Source: Felis catus (Eukaryota). From it: 64,000 nt of DNA. This document shows positions 1-10,200 of the stretch, in pieces (position 1 is the stretch's first letter; every line of letters begins with the position of its first letter). A model generated the notes under the pieces. That model saw nothing but the letters and a program-made list of their open reading frames with translations, ran no database searches and was not told the DNA's origin. The translations under genes and the position numbers were made by a program. The DNA lies in contig NC_058369.1 of the NCBI RefSeq assembly GCF_018350175.1, positions 3,722,001 to 3,786,000 of the forward strand, read 5' to 3'.

Positions 1-283
1 CCTCGGGGTGGCTCTGCTGGCCGCTCCTCCTCTAGTCCGGCACTCACGTTTGCGCTCCCGTCCTTCAGCGTCCGAGTGACAGTGCTGTGCCTCGCCATGG
101 CGCATTTCGGGGGACGCGGGCATCGCCCCGCTTGAGCTGCCCCATCTGCGTCGTGTGGATCAGGACCTGGCTCGTCCAGGGGCACGTTCACCCCAAAGCA
201 CGCCCTGCAGGAAATGGTGACCAGTCACAGTGGAGAAGGGGGGGGGGGCTCTAAAAATGGAGAATTACTTTAAAATACCTTTT

Positions 284-473
284 TTTTAATGTTTGTTTAT
301 TTTTGAGAGAGAGGGAGAGAGGAAGGGGGGAAGGACAGAGAGAAAAGGAGAGAGAGAATCTGTGCTGTCCGTGCGGAGCCCGACGTGGGGCTCAAACTCC
401 CCAACCGCAAGATCACGCCCTGAGCTGAAATCGAGAGTCGGGCACCTGACTGACTGAGCCACCCAGGTGCCCC
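284..473 (-). mobile_element. Can-SINE (tRNA-derived carnivore SINE)
   Basis: Poly-T, (GA)n, body, ends ctgagccacccaggtgcccc. Confidence 0.9.
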
Positions 474-498
474 TTAAAATGCCGTTTTTAGAAAAAAA

Positions 499-694
499 GT
501 TTCTTTATTTATTTTGAGAGAGAGTGTGCACATACCTACGTGTGCGAGACACAGAGGGAGAGAGAGAATCCCAAGCGGGCTCCTCACTGTCAGCACAGAG
601 CCTGACATGAGGCTCGATCCCACAAACTGTGAGCTCATGAGCTGAACCGAAATCAATAGTCAGATGCCTAACGACGGAGCTACCCAGGTGCCCC
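499..694 (-). mobile_element. Can-SINE
   Basis: tttatttattttgagag ... tacccaggtgcccc. Confidence 0.9.
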
Positions 695-709
695 TTTAAA
701 ATACCTTTT

Positions 710-960
710 GGGCTGTTTTATACCTAGGTGGCTCCGTCGGTTAAGTGTCCAACTTTGACACAGGTCACGATCTCGCCGTTTGTGGGTTCGAGCCCCACGT
801 CGGGCTCTGTGCCGACAGCTCGGAGCCTGGAGCCTGCTTCCGATTCTGGGTCTCCCTCTCTTTCTGCCCCTCCCCCACTCACACTGTCTGTGTGTCTGTC
901 TCTCTCCTCCCCCTCTCTCAACAAATAAATAAACATTAAAAAATTACGAATACAATACGA
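710..960 (+). mobile_element. Can-SINE
   Basis: ggtggctccgtcggttaag, B-box ggttcgagccc, (CT)n, aataaataaacattaaaaaa tail. Confidence 0.9.
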
Positions 961-1371
961 TAAAATACCTTGAAAAGAATCGCATTGCCCAGCTGCTGCG
1001 GGTGTTCGCTCCGGGCATTCTGCCTCCTCCTGTACTTTTCTAATAAACCCGGGACAGAGGGTTTGAAAGAGGTGGCCTCAGATGGTGGGCCAATGGTGGG
1101 CTCGTAAGAGATTGAACAACCTCATCATCTCCCGGCTCACATCTACAGAGTGGGTGTGGCCTGTGAGGGGTGACCGGCGGCAGGGGGGTGGCCAGTGTGG
1201 GGCTCCCAGGCCGTGTAGCCAGTTGGGCCAAGCGTGGGCTAGAGTGTGGCTTTTTCTGCCCTGTCGTGATTTAGGAAATCAGGGAGGTGGGCAGTGGAAC
1301 TCAGGTCCCCCGTAGGAGAGGTGAAGAAAAGGTTTTGTTGCTTCAGGGGTGGACTTCAGGCGTCTGGGGGT

Positions 1372-1573
1372 GGGGTCAGCTAACTGGTCGGTGGACCGAT
1401 CTGGCCCTCTGCCTGTTTTTGCAAGTAAAGTTTTATCGGCACACAGAGTGCGGCGTGCCTGGACAGATCGCCTCTGTCAGCTCGAGCTCGAGGATGGAGA
1501 GTCGAGCTCGAGGATGTAGGTGGGAATATTTACCGTGTGATCCTGTACAGAAGAGGTGTGTCGGCCTTGGTCT
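1372..1573. mobile_element. MER58-like hAT DNA transposon relic
   Basis: ctgcctgtttttgcaagtaaagttttatcggcacacag and aatatttaccgtgtgatcctgtacagaagaggt resemble the recalled MER58A consensus. Confidence 0.65.
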
Positions 1574-1809
1574 GGGTTCGTTTGTCGCTTGCCCGGGGCC
1601 GGATGGGCCAGGCCTTCGTGGACGGGTTCGGAAACGATGTGCTCTGTGTCTCCGAGGGCGTTGCTTTTACTCTTAAAGCTTGTGCTTTGTCGGAAGACGG
1701 CCAGATCTCCAAAACGTGGCCATCTCTTTGTACCCAGATCAGTGTGGCATGTTCTGTGTGCGTACCTCGTTCCGTGCGGTTAGATTAACCTTTAGTGGTC
1801 CCTCGCTGC

Positions 1810-1822
1810 GGTCATCCTGACC
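1810..1822. promoter_or_regulatory. Perfect palindromic estrogen response element
   Basis: GGTCAtccTGACC, followed by T; motif match only, function untested. Confidence 0.55.
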
Positions 1823-2157
1823 TGCCCTCTCCCTCGATCGGCCCATTTTGTAGCTGAAGAAACTGAGCGCCACGACTGAAAAGGGTCTCTGGCGGAGGGA
1901 GAAACATGAATTTAGACTCCTGGTTCCTTCTTCCGAAAGGCCTGGGCGTCCAGGGAGATTAGAATCCTCGAGAGAAAGCAGACCAGTGCCCTGTGGTCTG
2001 GCAGGTCCCCAGCAGGCTACCTTGGGCTCTGCAAAAATTCGTCCTTAGGGAGACAGAATTCGCATACCATAACAGTCACCCTTTAAAGTGTACGATACAG
2101 GGATTTTTATTTAAATTTTTAAATTTTATTGTATGTTTTTAAATGTTACTTATTTTT

Positions 2158-2381
2158 TTTTTTTTAATTTTTTTTTCAACGTTTATTTATTTTTGGGACA
2201 GAGAGAGACAGAGCATGAACAGGGGAGGGGCAGAGAGAGAGACGGAGACACAGAATCGGAAACAGGCTCCAGGCTCTGAGCCATCAGCCCAGAGCCCGAC
2301 GCGGGGCTCGAACTCACGGACCGCGAGATCGTGACCTGGCTGAAGTCGGACGCTCAACCGACTGCGCCACCCAGGCGCCCC
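2158..2381 (-). mobile_element. Young SINEC_Fc-type SINE nested in the tail of an older SINE
   Basis: 19-bp TSD ttaaatgttacttattttt at 2139-2157 and 2382-2400. Confidence 0.95.
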
Positions 2382-2400
2382 TTAAATGTTACTTATTTTT

Positions 2401-2576
2401 GAGAGAGAGCACGAGTGGGGGAGTGGCTGAGAGAAGGGGCGACTCAGCATCCGAAGCAGGCTCCAGGCTCTGAGCCGTCAGCACAGAGCCTGACATGGGG
2501 CTCGAACCCATGAGACCTGAGATCATGACCTGAGCCGAAGTCAGACACTTAACCGCCTGAGCCCCCCAGGCGCTCC
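2401..2576 (-). mobile_element. Body of the host Can-SINE (tail at about 2109-2157)
   Basis: SINE body ending ccaggcgctcc; TSD tacag(g/t)gattttt at 2096-2108 and 2579-2591. Confidence 0.9.
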
Positions 2577-3609
2577 AGTACAGTGATTTTTTAGTATGTA
2601 TGCAGAGCTATGCAACCATCTGATTCTAGGGCGTTGTATCCCCCCAGAAAGAAACCCCTCCTATAATGTAAACCCGTGCGTGAAGCAGTCACTGTCCCTC
2701 CCCCTCCCCCAGCCCCCACGAGCCCCCTTCCTGTCCCTGGATGGGCCCGTTCTGGACGTCTCACCCACGCGGACTCACACCCCGCTTGGCCTCTCGGGTC
2801 TGGTTCCCTCCCTGAGCGTTGCGTGTCCGGGGTCCGTCCTTGGGGCGGCGGGGGCGGGGGGGACGCCTCGCTCTGGCTCCTGGCGGATCGCGTTCCCACG
2901 CGTGGGGGACACACCGTGTGTAGCTGTTCATCAGTCGGTGGGTATCTTGGTTCTTTCCCCTTTGGGGGTGTTACAAACGATGCTGCTGTGAACGTTCACT
3001 ACAGGTTTCTGTGCCGACGTGTGTTTTGTTTTTCTTGGGTGGACACCGGGCGTGGGGTTGCTGGGTCACGTGGTCCCAGCCCTTGCGTCACCTTTTCAGT
3101 TACTGCCACGCCCCATTCCACAGTGGCCGTGCCACTTCCCATCCCCCCCCCCCCCCCCAGCCGTGCGCGAGAGCTCCTCTCGGGACAGCCGCCGCCGTAC
3201 CCGGGCCCGCTAGCGCCACCGTGAACTTGCAGGCCGAGGTTGTCGGCGGGGGTCGCCTGCACGGCCCCCGCCGCTGGCTGTCCCCGGGGATCTTAACCCT
3301 GCAGCGTAAGGGCGGCTCTTTCTGCTCCGTGGCCCCAGGCCGCTGTCCACGTCTGCTTAGGTTCGGGGACAACAGGGCCTGCGGACCACCGTTGGTAGCC
3401 CGGTCCCGTTTCCGACGTTCTAGAAACTGTGCTCCTGTCTGGGTGAACGTAGGCGGGTGTGCTGGTCTTCCCGAGATGTGCCCCACAGCAGAAAGCGCCC
3501 AGGTTGGAGGGACGCGGGGACTGTTTCTTTCTTTGCACGATGGACTCTTCACACGGCACCTGAGCGGCCTGAGTAGTGCCTCCCGAAGGCGCACGCGGCC
3601 CGCTCGCGG

Positions 3610-3975
3610 GAGCCTGGCAGTGTGTGTGCTCCCCCGCGTGGTAAGAGGGGCTTGCTTGGCAGACGGGGTTACCTGAAGGCCCCCGAGATGGGAGACGTTA
3701 CTGGATTATCTGGGGTCCCGGTGCCAACACCAGGGTCGTTGTACGAGGGGGGCCGGAGGGCCGGAGGCAGAGCCGTGGGCGGACCCCGTGCCGCTGGCTG
3801 TGAGAGGACGGGCCGCCGGCCAGGGATGCGCTGCCCCTGGAAGCCGGAGAAGGCAGGGAACTCCAGAGGGGACGCCCCGGCCTCCTGGCGTCCTGCCTCT
3901 GGGAGGCGCTCTGCCTGCTCGGTCCCCTTCTGTCTCTGTGGCCATCTCGGACGGGCTGGTTCTGTGGCACCAAGG
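3610..3975 (+). mobile_element. MLT1-like MaLR LTR relic
   Basis: gagatgggagacgttactggattatctgggg and ctggaagccggagaaggcaggga resemble recalled MLT1 consensus. Confidence 0.6.
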
Positions 3976-5210
3976 CCGATCGAGTCTGGCATCCTCTGTG
4001 GAGTCCGTGTCGTCCCGGGCTGTGCCCAGCACTTCTGCCCGCTGTCCGCCCTGGTCAGCCGTCCTCCTGGGCCCCATGCTCCCGCCGGCCAGTGCTCTCC
4101 TGCTGCCTGGAGGCCCGCACGTAGAGCCCTCCCGACGTGTGGTGCCGTGGGCCCGAGGGCAGGCAGGGTGAGGGTTCTGTGACACGGGGGTCGGCCGGGT
4201 CCCCAGCTTGCGGGCTCTGTGAGATCAGGGATCGTGCCCGTGCCTCGCGGAGAACCTGGGGCCTAGTTGACGCTCCCCGAGGAGGAGGAGGAGGATGTGG
4301 AGGACTTTCTAGTCTCTCTTCCTTCCCGGACCCTGACCACACACAACAGGCACCTGGCCCTCTCTGCAGCCGCTTGTGGGACACAGTGACACGGCACCGG
4401 GCCCACACGGGGGACCAGATGAGGGGGGTTGAGGGGGCTCTTGTGTCACCTCTGCGGTAGGTTCCCCCTCGAGTCCTGGTGACGCAGAGGCCCCTCCTGG
4501 GGAGCGATCGCGCTCCAGGGCCTGGCTGCCGTCGCCCCCTTTCGGGAGCTGTCCTCTGCCAGCAGGAGCCGTGCCGAGGTGGGGGCAGACTGGCTGGGGG
4601 TCACTGGGCGTTTCATCCGCTGGCCAGACCTCCTGGCCCGGAGCCTGGCAGGGGCAGGTAGAGGTGAGGGGTTGGGGGGAGAGAGGCCCCTTTGGGGCGG
4701 GGGATGGGCCTCCCCGAGAAGGACTGGGGTTCCCAGGGAACTTCCAGACGTCATGTTCATGGAGCCCCAGCTACTTCCCAAGACAAGGGTAGTTAAGTAT
4801 TTCTCAAGGTTATATTTCCTCACAGTTAACCTTCACGTAAGGTCACATTTGCTCAGAGGACGTACTTTCGGGCATGTTACGTATCACAACCTCAGAGGTG
4901 CAGATTCCCCCCATCCACATCCTGGAAAACGTCTGCCATCCGACCTCATAACCCGTTAGGGTCAGTCTCTGAGCCCTTCAGTCAGAAAACCTGAGGCTGC
5001 GTCCTGGGCCGGAGCAATCCTCTCCCCTCTGGTTCCGGTTTGCGGATTGCTCACTGGCTGTGGGGGCCCCACCCCTCACCTGTTTGTTCCCACTCTGCGG
5101 GGAGGCTTCCGGGGCTCAGTGCGCCCCTCTATCAGGATCCAGGGGGCTTCTGTCCTGGGGCTGGATTCCAGATGTGGGGACAGCCTTCTGCTCCTGACCA
5201 GGTGGCAGCT

Positions 5211-5261
5211 GGGGCGGGGCGGGGCGGGGGGGGGGCGGCGGGGGGGCGGCGGGGGTGGGGG
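5211..5261 (+). repeat. G-rich tract (GC boxes; G-quadruplex-forming potential)
   Basis: ggggcggggcggggcgggggggggg... with at least seven G4+ runs in 51 nt. Confidence 0.7.
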
Positions 5262-6320
5262 TTGCGGGCGGACGAGGGCGTCAGGCCGTGTAGGGCCCGT
5301 GGAGGCCGAGGACTCCTCGGGGTCGGCCGGTGTCTCCCCCCACAGCTCACGAGTCCCTGCGTTGAAAGACCCCCGGGTGGGGTGCCAGGCCTTCCCCGGG
5401 CCCAGGTGACCGTGACTCAGAGAATGGCCCCGACCCAAACAGGCAGCCCCGGGCAGCCCTGCCCAACGTCGCCCTCTTGCGACACATCCCTGGGCTGACG
5501 ATGCTTGTTCCTCTTCCGGGTGTGGGGAGGAGCTACCTGGGGTTGCCCCCCGACAGCCGGGCGCTGCCCTTACGTACTGCGATCGTTGGGCCCGGGTGGC
5601 CGGGAGGGCATCAGGCCAGGAAGGCCCGCGGCACGCGGGGTCCCGAGCAAATGACTTGAAAGACGTTAATAACTTGACGGAGATAAACTTCGCGTACTCG
5701 GAATTCGCCCATGGGGGCGTGTGTCCCCGCGATGGTCGGCATATGTGCCTCTCTGCTCTGGGCCTCGCAGTGAGGACGCTCTCCTTTCTGTGAGAGGTCA
5801 GGCGGGTCGCAGCCAGGGAACCCACCAGGAGGCTTGGGGCCGCCCTTCCCGTTAGGGAAAAAAACCCGGTGCGCAGCCCGGCTGGCTCTGGCTTCACGGT
5901 GTCGCCCTGCCTCTGCACGGGTGGCGGGGCCTGGCTCGGGTCTGGGGGGGCCGCCGGGACGGGAGGCGGGCGCCCCCTGCCTGCTGAGCGTGCGGCCAGA
6001 AGTCGGGCTGTGCTTGGACGGGCGGAGGGGACGGGGGTTCCAGGGTGTCCCTCCTGTGAGGCGGCCGTGGCTCCCACAGCCGAGGGAGCCTCACGGGGGG
6101 TGGGGGTGTCACACGAGTGGAAATCCTGAGGGATTCGCGGTGACTTGATTCTCTCCCACGCCTGGGAGGCCACACTTCTGGGTGAGTCTCACAGGCAGAA
6201 ATCAAGGCATCGGCAGGTGGCTCCTTCGGGAGACGTCGGGGCAGAAGTGATTTTCTTTCCTGTTTTTTTAAAAACTTATTTTAATGTACTTTAATTAATT
6301 AATTTTTAAGGGAACGATTC

Positions 6321-6803
6321 TTTTTTTTTTTTCTTTTTTTAATGAAAATACTTGCTGTCAAATTGGTTTCCATACAGCAACACCCAGGGCTCATCCCAAC
6401 AGGTGCCCTCCTCCATGCCCACCACCCACCCTCCCCTCCCCCCACCCCGTCAACCCTCGGTTCTCTGTATTTAAGCGTCTCTAACGGTCTGCCTCCCTCC
6501 CTCTCTGTTTGTACCTATTTTTTCCCCTCCCCTCCCCTCCCCCATGGTCTTCTGTCAAGTTTCTCAAGATCCACATAGGAGTGAAAACATATGGTATCTG
6601 TCCTTTCCGGACCGACTTATCTCACTCAGCATAATACCCTCCGGTTCCATCCACGTTGCTGCAAATGGCAGGATTTCGTTCTTTCTCATTGCCAAGTAGT
6701 ATTCCGGTATATCTGTAAACCACATCTTCCTTATCCGTTCGTCAGTTGATGGACATTTAGGCTCTTTGCATAATCTGGCTATTGTTGAAAGCGCTGCTAT
6801 AAA
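6321..6803 (-). mobile_element. Felid/carnivore L1 3' end, 5'-truncated
   Basis: Poly-T then ttgctgtcaaattggtttccatacagcaacaccc ... ccatccacgttgctgcaaatggcaggatttcgttc ... gttgatggacatttaggct. Confidence 0.88.
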
Positions 6804-6829
6804 CTTTAATTTTTTTTAAGATTATTTTT

Positions 6830-7054
6830 TATTTTATTTTGTTTTTTTTAATTTTTTTTTTCAACGTTTATTTATTTCTGGGACAGAGAGAGACAGAGCA
6901 TGAACGGGGGAGGGGCAGACAGAGAGGGAGACACAGAATCGGAAGCAGGCTCCAGGCTCTGAGCCATCAGCCCAGAGCCCGACGCGGGGCTCGAACTCAC
7001 GGGCCGCGAGATCGTGACCTGGCTGAAGTCGGACGCTTAACCGACTGGCGCCCC
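6830..7054 (-). mobile_element. Young SINEC_Fc-type SINE, nested
   Basis: TSD aagattattttt at 6818-6829 and 7055-7066; nearly identical to 2158-2381. Confidence 0.95.
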
Positions 7055-7066
7055 AAGATTATTTTT

Positions 7067-7254
7067 GAGAGAGAGGGAGAGACAGAGTGTGAGCAGGGGA
7101 GGGGCAGACAGAGAGGGAGACACAGAATTTGAAGCAGGCTCCAGGCTCCGAGCTGTCAGCACAGGGCCCGATGCAGGGCTCGAACTCACGGACTGTGAGA
7201 TCATGACCTGAGCCGAAGTCGGACGCTTAACCTACTGAGCCACCCAGATACCCA
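7067..7254 (-). mobile_element. Body of the host Can-SINE
   Basis: SINE body; outer TSD gaagtgattttctt at 6244-6257 and 7273-7286. Confidence 0.9.
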
Positions 7255-7770
7255 CTGCCCCCTCCGCCCCCGGAAGTGATTTTCTTGATCTTGTTCAGCT
7301 TCGGAGGACTGGGTGCTTTCCCTGGCGCGGGCCCTTCTTTGGATCCATGCAGCCTCTGCCCCTGCATTGTCTCTTCTCTCATGAGGATCCAGGATCATCC
7401 CCAGGTCAGGCTCTGTAGTGTCCCTTTTGTGGTGGAAGGGGACACAGTCCTGGTCCCGGGGACTAGGACGTGGCCGTTTGGGGGGCATTCTGCTGCCCAC
7501 CACAATCTTACCCAAACCTCTCCCACCTGCCTCACCCCCCCACCTTCTGCCGGCCGGGCCAGTGGTCTTCCCTGCCCTTGGTTCCTCCTTCCCCACCCTT
7601 GCCTCTGCCCTTGAAATCATCCAGCCCCCTCGACTCTACTGTTGTCCCTGGCTCTGCCTTGTCTGCCGGCTTCCACGCTGGCCCCCTGCAGCCAGGCCTG
7701 ACTGTAGTGCCTGTCGGGCCCAGGACGAAGTGAGACCCTTAGGCCTCTCGGTCTAAAATGGAAGAATTTC

Positions 7771-7899
7771 GGGCACTTGGGTGGCTCAGTCAGTTAAGCA
7801 TCTGACTCTTGATCTCAGCTCGGGTCACCATCTCACCGTTTATGAGTTTGAGCCCCACATCGGGCTGATGGTGGCAGGGCCGGCTTGGGATTCTCTCTC

Positions 7900-7936
<37 letters not shown>

Positions 7937-7955
7937 AAGTAAACTTTAAAAAAAT
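7771..7955 (+). mobile_element. Can-SINE with (CT)n
   Basis: gggcacttgggtggctcagtcagttaag, (CT)n, aataagtaaac A-tail. Confidence 0.9.
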
Positions 7956-7962
7956 GTAAAAT

Positions 7963-8187
7963 TGGGGTGCCTGGGTGGCGCAGTCGGTTAAGCGTCTAAC
8001 TTCAGCCAGGTCACGATCTCGCGGTCCGGGAGTTCGAGCCCCGCGTCGGGCTCTGGGCTGATGGCTCAGAGCCTGGAGTCTGTTTCCGATTCTGTGTCTC
8101 CCTCTCTCTCTGCCCCTCCCCCGTTCATGCTCTGTCTCTCTCTGTCCCAAAAATAAATAAACGTTGAAAAAAAAATTTAAAAAAAAA
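7963..8187 (+). mobile_element. Young SINEC_Fc-type SINE
   Basis: ggggtgcctgggtggcgcagtcggttaagcg ... aataaataaacgttgaaaaaaaaa; reverse complement of the 2158 and 6830 copies. Confidence 0.95.
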
Positions 8188-9306
8188 GGTAAAATGGAAT
8201 AATTTCAAGCGGGCAACGGCCGAGTGTTAAACCCGGGCCAGGGGTGACTGCCCGGGTCTTGAGCCCACGAGGCCGGCCTTGGCTGTAGTCCATTTCCCAC
8301 GGCCAGAGAGGGCTTTCTCAGGATGTTAATGGGGTCTTTAACCCCTTAGTGCCCCTGCCCTAAACTCCCAGGGGCGTCCCGGTCAACCCAACGTAGCACG
8401 TGCCCCACCACGTGGCCCTCCCGGCTCGCCGTCCACTCACCTTTTCCCTGCGATCGCCAAGATTCTTCCCTCTGCCTGGAATTTTCTCTCGCCCCTGACC
8501 TCCGTGTGATTTGCACCCTGATCGAATTGGACATTCGGTTTTGGCCAGACAGACCCCCGCCTCCCGGTGCTGTCCTGTCACACGCTGGCTTTGTCTTCAG
8601 AGTCCTCGCTCACCAGTCTGTGCTGTTGTCTGTCTGTCCCCGACTCGGCCACTTCCAGCTCCAGGGCCTAAAACCACCTGTTCCCCGGTCGGCCAAGGAG
8701 GATGCCCGGCGCCCGGGCCCCAGCGGCAGGCGGGTGGCCCCGGGCCGCGTCCGTGAGGGCCGTACAGAGTGAGTGGAAACGTGCCAGCTTCGTGCCTTCG
8801 GAGCTGATGAGCATGCGAAGTTTTGTGTGGTTTTGTGAGCATGGAAGGGAAGCAAATCCGAAGACGGCTGAAAGTCAGATCCCCTCCCTGCCCCGTGTCC
8901 CCCAGAGGAACGGCCTTCCGCGTCCCGGCACGGGAGACCGGGACAAGGGGGTCCCCATCGAGGGGCGTGCCCGGCCGCGGCCCAGGCCAGCAAGGCAGGT
9001 GTGTGAGCCCTGACGGGAAACAGCGTGAGAAGGGCCCGGCGGGCAGCGAGCGGTGGCGCTTGCCACGCCTGTTTGATTTTAACAAAGCGTCTTGAAGTGT
9101 CACCGACATCATGACCGCACCCCCAGACGAACCGCTGTTCCCTGACATCCAGCCCTTGTCCGGATTTCCGCACCGGTCCCCGGACGTCTTCCCGAAGCCT
9201 GGCTCCTCCGTCACGGCACGCCGGCGTCTCTGAGCCCGTTGCAGTGGTTTCTCCAAGGGCAGAGCTTTCCTCCCCTTCCCTTCTTGCCACCCTCCGCTCG
9301 CCTCTA

Positions 9307-10200
9307 CTTTATTTTTAGTGGGGGGTAGTAACAGCCTCACTGAGCCGTAATTCACACATAAAGCGCACCCACTTAGAGCATACAGTCCCATGGTTTCTAC
9401 CGTATTCAGAGTTGTGGGACCATCACCAGGCCACAATAATTCCAGAACATTCCATCGCCCCAGAAAAGAAGCCCCATCCCCATCAGCAGTCACCCCACCC
9501 CCTCCACGGGCCCCCGAAACCCATTAATCTGCTCCCTATCCGTGGAGGAGCCTGTTCTGGACGTTTCACGCATGTGGACTCACACCCCGCGTGGCCTCTC
9601 ATGACCGGCGGTTCCCTCCCTGAGCGTCGTGTGTTCGGGGTCCGTCCGCGGAGCACTGGGCGTCGGCGCGTCGCTCCTGCTCGCGGCCGAGGGACGTGCT
9701 GTGCGCGGGGGACACGTTGTGCGTGTCTGTGCAACGGTCAGCGGGCACTTGTGTGGTTTCCACCTTCTGGCCATTGTGAGTAACGCTGTTCTGAACACGG
9801 GTGTAAGAGTTTTTGTGTGGACACACGTTTTCCCGTCCCCTGGGCATACGACTACGAGCAGAATTGCTGGGTCACCTGGGAAATTCTACGTGTCACTTGT
9901 TGAGGAACCGCCGGACTTTTCCACGGCGGCTGCCCCGCTTTCCGTTCCCACCAGCCGTGTGTCGGAGTTCTGCCTTGTCCACCCCCTTGCCAACGCTTGT
10001 TATCGTCCGTCCTTTTTCTCACGGCCGTCCTGGTGGGGGTGTAGCATGTCTCGCTGTGGTTTTGGTTTACGTTTCCCTGATGGCTAATCATGCTGAGCAG
10101 CGTTTCATGGGATCGTTGGCTGTGCGTGTATTTTCTTTGAAGAAATGTCCTTCGTGCACTTTTTTACTGGGCTGTGTCTTTTTAGTATTTCATTGTCAGT
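9307..10200 (-). mobile_element. Old L1M (L1MB-like) 3' end
   Basis: taattcacacataaagcgcacccac ... aattccagaacattccatcgccccagaaaagaagcccc ... agaattgctgggtca ... tttccctgatggctaatcatgctgagca. Confidence 0.8.

Larger units (their letters stand above)
2050..3140 (-). mobile_element. Old L1M (L1MB-like) 3' end, interrupted by SINEs at 2109-2576
   Basis: cataccataacagtcaccctttaaagtgtac ... gcaaccatc ... ccagaaagaaacccc ... gctgctgtgaacgttc ... ttgctgggtcacgtggt. Confidence 0.7.

Noticed and set aside
1478..1516. Palindrome ctcgagctcgag and a 15-bp duplication tcgagctcgaggatg
   Set aside because: Small local duplication within a MER58 relic; no functional indication.
7963..8050. tRNA-like A/B boxes
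   Set aside because: These are heads of tRNA-derived Can-SINEs followed by (CT)n and A tails, not tRNA genes.
8601..8768. Possible 5' UTR exon (ttgtcttcag| ... aga|gtgagt) with an upstream ATG at 8702
   Set aside because: Such site pairs arise by chance. I could not match it to the known non-coding exons of KDM4B, which I did not find in the window.
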